Source of the DNA: a virus
IMG/VR virus record: IMGVR_UViG_3300031857_000047
Span: 46,956 to 110,955 of that record
DNA: 64,000 bases
Strand: one strand, 5' to 3'
This document shows, in pieces, positions 38,822 to 47,255 of the stretch. Made by a program: the position numbers and the translations under genes. Positions within the stretch are counted from its first letter, which is position 1; each line of letters begins with the position of its first letter. The notes under the pieces are model-generated. The model ran no database searches. It saw only the letters and a program-made list of their open reading frames with translations, and was not told the DNA's origin.

Positions 38822-39493
38822 TTAAATGGTAGCTTTTTGATGATTTTCTGTTGTATAAGTACAATCGGGAAATTTTTTACCAAACTCTTCGTAGGTAATA
38901 TGTTTGATATTTTTTAATTGAACGCTCAATTGATCTGGAATAAAATCTCCAGGATTGATCACCCTATAATACTGAGTGTTTTTAAAATCTTTAATTGTTC
39001 TTTCAGTTTGACTTAACCAATTACCATGAAATGTTGCAGCGTCATTACTCTTTTTGTAATTATAAGTATCTGCGTAAACATTGTTAAATTTTCCCTGTAA
39101 GCCTTGATAATCGAATCCAAAGATATAGATGTCTTTGTGTCCTTTTTCTGATGCAAACCATAATGCTGTAGGACCCGAGCTCCATCCTTTGTGAGGATGA
39201 AACAGGTTTAATCCGTGCTTGCTACTAATACCTTTATTTGGATTAGTCCAAACTGAATGCGTTTTATGATATCCTGATGCTATAATTTCATTCACCATTT
39301 TAACATCAACAGCTATTAAATGATGGGGTTCAAACTCTCTGTAGACAGCATTGCAGGCATATACTATGCCTTTATCTAACAAATTTTTATGGTTTAATTG
39401 TAGTCTGCTTGTACCGTTTCCTAGCACAAATGCAACATTACTCTGCTGGTTGTTCTGCTTCACCTGCTGGCGCTCCGTACATCTGTCTAACAA
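38822..39493 (-). CDS. Maf/DUF115/CstII-fold glycosyltransferase-like protein (start may be GTG at 39463)
   Basis: AFVLGNGTSR, YACNAVY, LIAVD, WSSGPTALWFA, DIYIFGFD, following the GNGxS / CN / SG / GFD pattern of GT29/GT42/Maf-type enzymes. Confidence 0.6.
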   Translation of the reverse strand: MLDRCTERQQVKQNNQQSNVAFVLGNGTSRLQLNHKNLLDKGIVYACNAVYREFEPHHLIAVDVKMVNEIIASGYHKTHSVWTNPNKGISSKHGLNLFHPHKGWSSGPTALWFASEKGHKDIYIFGFDYQGLQGKFNNVYADTYNYKKSNDAATFHGNWLSQTERTIKDFKNTQYYRVINPGDFIPDQLSVQLKNIKHITYEEFGKKFPDCTYTTENHQKATI

Positions 39494-39689
39494 ATTCTAA
39501 TTCAGAATCACGTTCGTATTCGTGTGCTTCTGCTTGCATACGCAGTCTGTTAATTTGTCTTAGTGTAAGGCGAGTTTTTCTAGTATCGCTTCTTTTAAGA
39601 ACTGAACTGTCTTTGTTATTTTCATAACGACGATCAACTGCAAAGTCGTTATTGTTGTCGTTAAAATAAAGGAATTCTAATAAGAGCAT
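39438..39689 (-). CDS. Small head-associated protein
   Basis: DTRKTRLTLRQINRLR...QMYG. Follows the portal gene, with late promoter ATAAATA at 39694-39700. Confidence 0.65.
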   Translation of the reverse strand: MLLLEFLYFNDNNNDFAVDRRYENNKDSSVLKRSDTRKTRLTLRQINRLRMQAEAHEYERDSELEFVRQMYGAPAGEAEQPAE

Positions 39690-39699
39690 ATGATATTTA

Positions 39700-41397
39700 T
39701 CATTGAGCTGGTTGTTCGGCAGGTGCTGCTTCGCCTTCTACACCGGCATCTGCTGGTGCTTCTTCCGGTGCTTCTGCTGTTTGTCCTGCCATATCTGTCT
39801 GTGTTCCTGAAGGAGTAATGCCTACTGAACGCATCTGTCCTGCAGCATCTAACACAGGTTTTAGATTTCCACCTTGTTCTTCTCTCCACAGCTTTTCGTT
39901 TTCTGTAATCTCTTCTTGTGTCATGCCTAAGAAGCGTTTCATTGCAAATCGCTTGCTAAGATGAGGAATTTCTTGTAATTGTGCAAATGTAGCTGCACGA
40001 GCAGTATCTAGTTCACTCTGTCGATAGGCTGCGAAATTCTGAGGAGGATTGAATTTTAATTCAAATAAACTAGGATCAATGTTGACTCCGTTATTCTCTA
40101 ACCACATTTTAAATTCTAAGTCAAATGTTTCAATAATCATTGACTGTAGGCGCTCGCAGTATTTGTTAAATCGTAGTTCTTGAATGTAGGCTGTTCCTAC
40201 TTTTCCGTCGGCAACAGTGTTGCTGGCTTCTTCAACACCTGTAGGCAAGTAAGCACTTGGTATTCTTAAAGCACGGAATAATTTATTAGTAAAAAAGCGT
40301 AAATCTGTAATTTCACCAAGATTTGTACCGCCTGCAAGTGTGTCAACTTTTGATCCACGACCTTCTGCTGTCTGTGGAAAGAAGTAGTCTTCTGAAGCAC
40401 TTAGAGGATTGTAGCTGGCATCAATAACATTATTGCCGCCACCTGTTGAGCTAGGAATACGTCTTTGTTGAATTTCGTTTTTGACACGTTCAACGAAGCT
40501 CATGGCCATGTGTGCTGGCATATTTCCAACGTCAATATAGAATATTCGTCTTTCAGGAGCACGTTGAACACGATAGATAATGATCGCATCTTCGAGTAGT
40601 TCTTTCTGCTTGTAGACTTTGAATACTGATTCTAGTAGTGAATTACCAAAAGGATAGTTAGTATCAATACCTTCACTTAGACTGATATGCACTACATTTT
40701 TTGCGTCAACAGTGACTTCATTTGTTTGATTGTGGAAACGTGTGCCCGGAGGCTGACTAGCAGAGCCAACCATACCTCTTCCCATACTTCCTCCACTGGT
40801 ATATGAACTGGTACCACTAGGTGCAGTATTTGTAGTTCCGTGGGGAGTGACTGCAATTAAATCTTTAAAGTTAAAATTAATGTCCCTAATAACATACTGC
40901 TCAGGAATTTTACCTTCGCTTTCGTTTACAATAATTTTTGATACTTTGGCTGCATCAACGAACAACCATTTTTTGGTTTCAGGGTCGCGTATAAAAAATA
41001 CATCGCCATACTTAAAAGCATTTCTAACAATACGGAAAATTCTAGTTTCGAATTGTTGTTGTTTGGTCCATTTTTGTAGACTTTCTTTGATTAGCTTAAC
41101 TTCGGTGGAAGTAGGTTGGCCGCGAAAGAATGTTTGGAATGGAGTTGCATTTTCTTTATCTTTTTGAGTGCAGAACTCAGCAAGGATGTCTAGGGCAGCG
41201 TTAACTTCTGAATCCATATCCATGGTGTCATACTGCATATAACGTTCAACACGATTAGGAGTACCTGCATAAACGTCTGGCAAATAGCTAGAATAATTTG
41301 CTCGAGCTGGACCAGGGCGGCCGCCACCTGAAAGCGGACTGGACGACCCCATTTGATTTCTAACATCAACTGGTGTGAAATATTTTTTCCAACTCAT
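39700..41397 (-). CDS. gp20: Portal protein, gp20-like
   Basis: LLEDAIIIYRVQRAPERRIFYIDVGNMP, EDYFFP, GRGSKVDTLAGGTNLGEITD, LFRALRIP, QELRFNKYCERLQ. Confidence 0.95.
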   Translation of the reverse strand: MSWKKYFTPVDVRNQMGSSSPLSGGGRPGPARANYSSYLPDVYAGTPNRVERYMQYDTMDMDSEVNAALDILAEFCTQKDKENATPFQTFFRGQPTSTEVKLIKESLQKWTKQQQFETRIFRIVRNAFKYGDVFFIRDPETKKWLFVDAAKVSKIIVNESEGKIPEQYVIRDINFNFKDLIAVTPHGTTNTAPSGTSSYTSGGSMGRGMVGSASQPPGTRFHNQTNEVTVDAKNVVHISLSEGIDTNYPFGNSLLESVFKVYKQKELLEDAIIIYRVQRAPERRIFYIDVGNMPAHMAMSFVERVKNEIQQRRIPSSTGGGNNVIDASYNPLSASEDYFFPQTAEGRGSKVDTLAGGTNLGEITDLRFFTNKLFRALRIPSAYLPTGVEEASNTVADGKVGTAYIQELRFNKYCERLQSMIIETFDLEFKMWLENNGVNIDPSLFELKFNPPQNFAAYRQSELDTARAATFAQLQEIPHLSKRFAMKRFLGMTQEEITENEKLWREEQGGNLKPVLDAAGQMRSVGITPSGTQTDMAGQTAEAPEEAPADAGVEGEAAPAEQPAQ

Positions 41398-41413
41398 TTA
41401 TAATATCCTATTA

Positions 41414-44400
41414 TCATGCTCCATAGCTAAACATGTCGTTGCTTAGACCCCGTGTAGCACTTAATTGGCTTTCGCCTACATCTTTTAACTTTTGATTAAT
41501 TGCAATCAATTGATCCATCTTAGTATTTAAGCTCGCAAGCAATGATTCAGGAGTTTCTTGGCGGGCACCTGCTACAGCAGTTTGGGGACGGTCAGTCCTT
41601 CTTGGATCGTTTGCAGCCGCTGCTGCTCTAGCAGCATCTGCGGCAGCTTGAGGATTTCGTTGAGCTTCAGCTTCACCGCTTGCTACAGCTGACTGTACTG
41701 CTGCGGTAGTAGGAACTGAGGATCCTGGGGTATTACCTGTAGCTGTTGGAGCACCGCCTGTTTTTAACAAGCCCATAATGTCTTGTTGTTCTTTTCCAAA
41801 TCTGTTTACTACACCGGCTTGTACGTTAGCAGTGCTGCCGCCAAAATGTTTTTTGCCGCCGTCGGCTCCTCTTTCCGCATACACAGCTTTTACCAGTTGT
41901 TCATCGGTCATGCCTGGTTTGAACACACTGTTCATAATTTTCTGTGCGCCGGCGGGGCCATGTTGCACAGCAGTACTAAACAACATTTCTTGAAGAGCGC
42001 GACTACCGCTGATTCTTGATTGCAGACTTTTATCTTTTAGACCGTTTAGAGCTTGTTTATAACCTTGTCCTAACCACTCATTTTCGCTATCGCCTAATGC
42101 ACCACTAGCGACTACTTCTTTCCATGCGTCAACTGCTTTTCCGCTAGTACTGCCTGTATCTTTTTCTATTCCTGCCTCACGTAATTTTTTAGCAACATCA
42201 CCTTTGCCAGTTTTGTCGAGGAACTTAAGAAAATCTGTCATTGCTCCTGCTTTAGATGAAATTTGTTTTTTACCGTAGCTAGTACCACCTACTTTATCCC
42301 ATCCAACAGTTCCGCTGCCTCGACCACCCGATTCATATTTCTCTGCTACAGCTCCTAAACCTGTACCAATCGCAGATGAAGATGCCCCACCACCTCCAAC
42401 TGCCGATGCTCCAGGTTGATTAGTTGCTCCAGCAGTTTCACCTTTTTGCCTACGTACCATACTATCAAACATTTTTTGAGGATTTGACAGATCAATACCA
42501 GGAACGCCACTAGGTCCAGCAGCGGCAGCTTTAGCTGCTGCTACTTCTGCTTCTTTAGCGGCAGCAACTTTGTTGGCTGCTTCAACTTCTTTTTCTTTTG
42601 CTCTTGCCGCTGCCCTACCAGCTACTGTTTCTTTTTCTTTAACTTCTGTTGCTTCAGTAGTTGCTGTTTTTGCATCTGTTTGAACTTCTTCTACACCTCT
42701 AGCTGTTCGATTTTCGGCACGTTTTGCATCTCTAACTAGTTCTCGTTGTTTTAAATCTTTTCTTTCTGCAGCGATACTTTCACGACGAGCTTTTGCTTCA
42801 TCCTTACTAATACCTCCAAATTTAGGTCCTAAAAATGCCAGTATAGATGTCATTAAATCTTTGAATCCCAATACAAATATATCGTATAGTTTATCGCCAA
42901 CTGCTTCAAAAATAGTACCTAAGTCCCATCCCGAATTGTATAATGCTTTAAATGCTAGATATAGTGCTCCTACCACAAGAGCAATTTTTGCAAAAGGTCC
43001 CAACGCCATAAAGGATGCTACGCCCATTTTGAGTAAATTTCCTGCGGCACTTAATGCATTTACTGCCATAGCTTTTAACGGTGCTAGACTCAGTGTTATA
43101 CCTAATGTTTGTAATGATTGTTTTAAGGTAGCTAGTGCTATTATACCCTTGTAGGCCAAAAATGATCCAATCAATATGCCACCTGCAACTACTATGTTAT
43201 CAAAGTTATCTACTACATAACGAAATGCTGGAACTACAACAAGTTCTACAACGTCAACTAGAGTTCGAAATGATTCCATCATTATGTCTAACAATCCGCT
43301 GTTAGCTAAAAACTTAGTAAACTCATTGCTTGTTTCTGCAATTTTATTTTTATATGCCTCCATGCTTGCTGGATCTAGCTGCTTGTCTTTTAATTCTTTT
43401 TCTTTGGCTGCACGTTCGGCTGCGGTCTTTTGTTGTTCGGCCTGGATCTGGCCCATAGTTTTTTCTCTGGCTGCGGCATCGGCTGCTCCTACAAAAAATC
43501 TTTTACTAGCTTCATCACCATGCAATGCCATATTTTCAGCAACACCCGATTTTACAAAAGCCTTTACTTCATTTTGATAGGCAGCATTAAGTTGTTGTGC
43601 TTGATTTGCTCCCATTTTACCTGTGGTACGAATCTGCTGATTCAACTGCATCATGTTTCTAGCACTTTGAGGCAAGAATGCCAATGCTTTTTTACCTGCT
43701 TCGGATGTAGCTGTACCTGTGGCAATAATTTCTTTCATGCCTTCTTGATGCTCTGCTGGTATAGAGTCCATTAAGGAATGCAAATTTTTCTGGCTTTCGG
43801 CATCTAACTTGCTAGCAATCAAACGGAACTGCGCATCTTTCATCCTAGCATTACGCTGATCTTCTAATTCTTTTTTGCTTTGACCTGTTAACTTTGTCAG
43901 TGCATCAAGATCTTTTAAGTATGATCCGGTCTGAGCTATCAATTGACTATTGCTCATTCCTTGCAATGCTCCGGTCTTGGCTAACTGGGCTGCATAAGAT
44001 GCCATACCTTCGTTAATAGCTTCAGTTGAATAGCCTAGTCGATTGAGATCTCCTGCTAATGGAGTTCCTTTAATTTGTTTACCTAGTGCTGCTAATCGTC
44101 TTGCACCTGCTTCACTATCACCACCTAACAATGCAAGGTCTTTACCAGTCTTAGCAAGAATTCCACTAAACTGTTCAAATGTTAATCCAGCACCAGTTGC
44201 TGCATCCATCATCTCAGTCATGCTGCCGCCAAAGTTTGCACCGACACTGGCAGATTTCTTAAATGCTTCATAGGTTTTTTCAGCAGCTCCTGCTACCGCA
44301 CCAAACATAGAACCTAGTACGCCTCCTACAATTGGTATTTGAGTAAACACCTGAGCAGTTGAAGTTAGACTATCTCCAAGATTTGCCAAAGAACTCAACA

Positions 44401-44806
44401 TGCCAGTCATACCAGTAGCCAAACTAGACACCGTTGATCCTAACTGAGACAGTTTGCCCGCAACAAAATTCATTTGATCGAGCTGTTTTTGTTGGGCTTT
44501 TAATTTTGCCTCATCTGCCTCCTTGAGTTTTTTATCAATCTCAAGTTGTTTATTATCCGCTTCTAGCTTTTTTTTCTGAGCTTCAGTAAGTTTATCTTGC
44601 GCTGCCTGTTGCTTTTTGGCTGCTGCCGCAAGTTTCTTTAATTCTTTTTCAAGTTCTTGTTGTGATTTTGCCTGTGCAGCTTTATCTTTACCAGTATTAT
44701 TGGCAATAACAGTCATGGCCGCAAGAAGTTGCTTTAGTGTAGCCTCCGTGGCTGCATTGTTTAATTGTATTGGCTGTCCGCCAAAATCACCAGTAACTTC
44801 TGCCAT
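41414..44806 (-). CDS. Tape measure protein with C-terminal muramidase-like domain
   Basis: Long Ala/Lys helical protein with hydrophobic segments. C-terminal AEKYESGG...GGTSYGKKQ...STAVQHGP...VVNRF is a lysozyme-like (VgrG3-C-type) pattern. Confidence 0.75.
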   Translation of the reverse strand: MAEVTGDFGGQPIQLNNAATEATLKQLLAAMTVIANNTGKDKAAQAKSQQELEKELKKLAAAAKKQQAAQDKLTEAQKKKLEADNKQLEIDKKLKEADEAKLKAQQKQLDQMNFVAGKLSQLGSTVSSLATGMTGMLSSLANLGDSLTSTAQVFTQIPIVGGVLGSMFGAVAGAAEKTYEAFKKSASVGANFGGSMTEMMDAATGAGLTFEQFSGILAKTGKDLALLGGDSEAGARRLAALGKQIKGTPLAGDLNRLGYSTEAINEGMASYAAQLAKTGALQGMSNSQLIAQTGSYLKDLDALTKLTGQSKKELEDQRNARMKDAQFRLIASKLDAESQKNLHSLMDSIPAEHQEGMKEIIATGTATSEAGKKALAFLPQSARNMMQLNQQIRTTGKMGANQAQQLNAAYQNEVKAFVKSGVAENMALHGDEASKRFFVGAADAAAREKTMGQIQAEQQKTAAERAAKEKELKDKQLDPASMEAYKNKIAETSNEFTKFLANSGLLDIMMESFRTLVDVVELVVVPAFRYVVDNFDNIVVAGGILIGSFLAYKGIIALATLKQSLQTLGITLSLAPLKAMAVNALSAAGNLLKMGVASFMALGPFAKIALVVGALYLAFKALYNSGWDLGTIFEAVGDKLYDIFVLGFKDLMTSILAFLGPKFGGISKDEAKARRESIAAERKDLKQRELVRDAKRAENRTARGVEEVQTDAKTATTEATEVKEKETVAGRAAARAKEKEVEAANKVAAAKEAEVAAAKAAAAGPSGVPGIDLSNPQKMFDSMVRRQKGETAGATNQPGASAVGGGGASSSAIGTGLGAVAEKYESGGRGSGTVGWDKVGGTSYGKKQISSKAGAMTDFLKFLDKTGKGDVAKKLREAGIEKDTGSTSGKAVDAWKEVVASGALGDSENEWLGQGYKQALNGLKDKSLQSRISGSRALQEMLFSTAVQHGPAGAQKIMNSVFKPGMTDEQLVKAVYAERGADGGKKHFGGSTANVQAGVVNRFGKEQQDIMGLLKTGGAPTATGNTPGSSVPTTAAVQSAVASGEAEAQRNPQAAADAARAAAAANDPRRTDRPQTAVAGARQETPESLLASLNTKMDQLIAINQKLKDVGESQLSATRGLSNDMFSYGA

Positions 44807-44832
44807 TTAGTTTAGACCTTGAAAACTGCGCA

Positions 44833-44862
44833 TATAAATATACGACTAGATAAAGTATTTAT
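44833..44862. promoter_or_regulatory. Face-to-face late promoter pair
   Basis: TATAAATA (+, 44833-44840) serves 44874. ATAAATA (-, 44856-44862) serves the tape measure. Confidence 0.65.
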
Positions 44863-44873
44863 CGGAGATAAAA

Positions 44874-45740
44874 ATGCCAGATCAAACAATGCCGCAACCT
44901 GTTAAAAAACACAATCCACTTGCTAATTATTTTAGGCAACCCAAGTTGTATATGAAACTTCCCAGTCACGGACGCTTCTATCCAGAAGGCTCATTAGATC
45001 GCAGCGAGATCGACGAATACCCAGTCTATGCTATGACTGCTAAAGATGAGTTAATGTTTAAAACACCTGATGCTCTAATGAACGGTCAGGCCACTGTGGA
45101 AGTTATTCGGAGCTGTGTACCTGCTATTAAAGAACCGTGGCTAATGCCTAGTCTAGATTTAGATGCAGTACTTATTGCCATTCGAATTGCCACTTACGGC
45201 GAGCAAATGGATATTAATTCTAGCTGTCCAGAATGTAAACACTTTAACGAGTTTTCAATGAACCTCGTTCAGTATCTTGACGAAATTGCGCAAACTGATT
45301 ATAATACCGAAGTTAATGTACCTCCATTGAGCGTGCATATTAGACCGTACAGCTACAAAGAAATTAGTAAGGCTGCTATTAAAGGTCTAGAACAACAAAA
45401 AATATTCAGTATCGTTAACGACGAAACAATGCCTGATGAGGAAAAAATTGAAAAATTTGGAGAAAGTTTTGTTAAATTAACTCAACTTACTGTAGACGTT
45501 GTTGCAGGTTGTATTACAAAAATTATCACTCCCGAAGGTGAAGTTGAAGATCCTGCATTAATTAAAGAGTTTGTAGAGAATGCTCCTAGCGATATTTTCA
45601 ATTCTATTAATGAACGAGTGCTGACTCTAAAAGAGCAGATGGCATTAAAAGCACAGAACGTAGAATGTACAGAATGTCATCATAAATGGAATGTTGAAGT
45701 AACAATGGATCAAACAAATTTTTTCGGCAAAGGATCTTAA
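44874..45740 (+). CDS. T4 gp26-like baseplate hub/tail assembly chaperone (short, G-like product)
   Basis: LPSHGRFY, MTAKDEL, DLDAVLIAIRIATYG, CPEC and CTEC Zn motifs. Ends ...TNFFGKGS. Confidence 0.8.
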   Translation: MPDQTMPQPVKKHNPLANYFRQPKLYMKLPSHGRFYPEGSLDRSEIDEYPVYAMTAKDELMFKTPDALMNGQATVEVIRSCVPAIKEPWLMPSLDLDAVLIAIRIATYGEQMDINSSCPECKHFNEFSMNLVQYLDEIAQTDYNTEVNVPPLSVHIRPYSYKEISKAAIKGLEQQKIFSIVNDETMPDEEKIEKFGESFVKLTQLTVDVVAGCITKIITPEGEVEDPALIKEFVENAPSDIFNSINERVLTLKEQMALKAQNVECTECHHKWNVEVTMDQTNFFGKGS

Positions 45741-45762
45741 CACTGCCTCAGGCTGAGATCCT
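45716..45762 (+). promoter_or_regulatory. -1 programmed ribosomal frameshift signal
   Basis: In-frame slippery A AAT TTT TTC, 5-nt spacer, then stem AGGATCTTA(45731-39)/TGAGATCCT(45754-62). Confidence 0.75.
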
Positions 45763-45952
45763 AGAATATGTTAAGTCGTTGGAAAAAGAGGCTGTGGCTA
45801 TTAAGAAAGATGCACTTAAAATATGTTGGTATATGAGAGGTATGAGTTATGAAGAGGCTATGAATCTCAGCTACGAAGAACGTTCACTTGTTGGAGAAAT
45901 TATCAAAGACAATTTAGAAACTACTAAGAAAAGCGGATTACCGTTCTTCTAA
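45722..45952 (+). CDS. gp51-like C-terminal extension reached by -1 frameshift (not in ORF track)
   Basis: Open -1 frame FRQRILTLPQAEILEYVKSLEKE...ICWYMRGMSYEEAMNLSYEERSLVGEIIKDNLETTKKSGLPFF*. Closed upstream by TGA 45695-97. Confidence 0.75.
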   Translation, partial: FRQRILTLPQAEILEYVKSLEKEAVAIKKDALKICWYMRGMSYEEAMNLSYEERSLVGEIIKDNLETTKKSGLPFF

Positions 45953-45953
45953 T

Positions 45954-45980
45954 AAAAAAGGACTCCTAGGAGTCCTTTTT
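45954..45980. terminator. Bidirectional intrinsic terminator between convergent genes
   Basis: Palindrome AAAAAGGACTCCT/AGGAGTCCTTTTT. Confidence 0.8.
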
Positions 45981-45985
45981 GTTTG

Positions 45986-47254
45986 TTAACGCTTTCTAAA
46001 CAAACTGAAACTTTCTGAAACTTTCTCTCTAACTTTAGTTGGCTTTGAAGTTCCCATAATATTTCTACGGTCAGCATCAATCGATTCTTGAGCAGCTGGT
46101 GCTGCTGCCTTTGCTTTCATTCCTTTTCTAATTTTACCTAATGTATTCGAACCGTATTCTGCTTGTTTACGAACAGCATTAAGTGCTTGTCCAGGTAATG
46201 GTTTACCGGTTTCTTTGTCAAATGTTGGCTCACCAATATTGGTCGCACGTTTGAGTCCTACAGTGGCTACAGGATTTGCAATAACTTTTTCACCGCTTGG
46301 TGAAGTTGTGGTTGCTCCAGGTTCAGCAGCTGGTTTAGGATTTGGTTTACCAGTTTTAGTATCGAATCCGTATGGTGCTTCTGCTTTGGCAGCTTCGCGA
46401 TTCTTTTTCATCTGTGCAGGGCTTGCTACACCAGTTTGTGTGTTGTAGTTTGGTTCATCAGCTGCTGGTGCTGCTGGCTCAGTTGTTGCTGCTGGTGCAG
46501 GTTGAGTCGGTGCTGAAGCAGCAGGCGCAGCATTTGGATTACCTGGTTTAGCTTTGTTAGTTTTGCTAGTAGGAGTATTGGCCATTGTATTAGGCTTTGC
46601 AGATGCTCCTGCTTTTGCCAATTGTCCTGCCATGTTAGCCATTGCACCACTATCAGCTGGAGCTTCTGCGCCACCTGCTGCCGGTTTTGCAGCAGGAGCC
46701 GCTGGCTTAGCGGCAGGAGCAGCACCTACTTCTTTTTGTAATGTTGCTAAAATTCTTTGCTTGCCTTTCTTATCAAGTTTGTCAATATTTGCTTTAACTT
46801 GAGCATAGGCGGTACCACCTGCTGCGGGTGCAGGTTCACTTGCCGGAGCTCCGCTTGCTGCCGGTGCCGAAGCTGCTCCACCACTTGCTGCAGGTGTAGT
46901 ATTACTTGCCGGTGCTGAAGTTGCAGGTGCCGAAGCTGCTCCACTACCTGCTGCCGTTGTTGTCTTAGTTTTTGGAGCTGCTTTAGCTGTAGGAGTTGTT
47001 CCAGCTGTTGCTGTATTGTCTGCCGGAGCTGCTCCAGCGTCTGCTGCTGGTTCGTCGCCTGCGCCTGCTACTGTGGCTTTACCTGCCTGAAATCCTTTTT
47101 TAACAGCAGACCCTAGACCTGCTACGCCGCCTGCTACTGCGCCAACACCTTTAGCAACAGTACCTGCAACTTTACCGATGCCGGCTCCAATTTTATTTAG
47201 AATAGGACCTTCGTCTAATTGGTTGTTTTCTACTAATATTTCTGTAATTTTCAT
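45986..47254 (-). CDS. Ala/Pro-rich low-complexity protein, probable internal head protein
   Basis: N-terminus MKITEILVE..LDEG, disordered AP-rich body, C-terminal VSESF. Confidence 0.6.
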   Translation of the reverse strand: MKITEILVENNQLDEGPILNKIGAGIGKVAGTVAKGVGAVAGGVAGLGSAVKKGFQAGKATVAGAGDEPAADAGAAPADNTATAGTTPTAKAAPKTKTTTAAGSGAASAPATSAPASNTTPAASGGAASAPAASGAPASEPAPAAGGTAYAQVKANIDKLDKKGKQRILATLQKEVGAAPAAKPAAPAAKPAAGGAEAPADSGAMANMAGQLAKAGASAKPNTMANTPTSKTNKAKPGNPNAAPAASAPTQPAPAATTEPAAPAADEPNYNTQTGVASPAQMKKNREAAKAEAPYGFDTKTGKPNPKPAAEPGATTTSPSGEKVIANPVATVGLKRATNIGEPTFDKETGKPLPGQALNAVRKQAEYGSNTLGKIRKGMKAKAAAPAAQESIDADRRNIMGTSKPTKVREKVSESFSLFRKR

Positions 47255-47255
47255 T

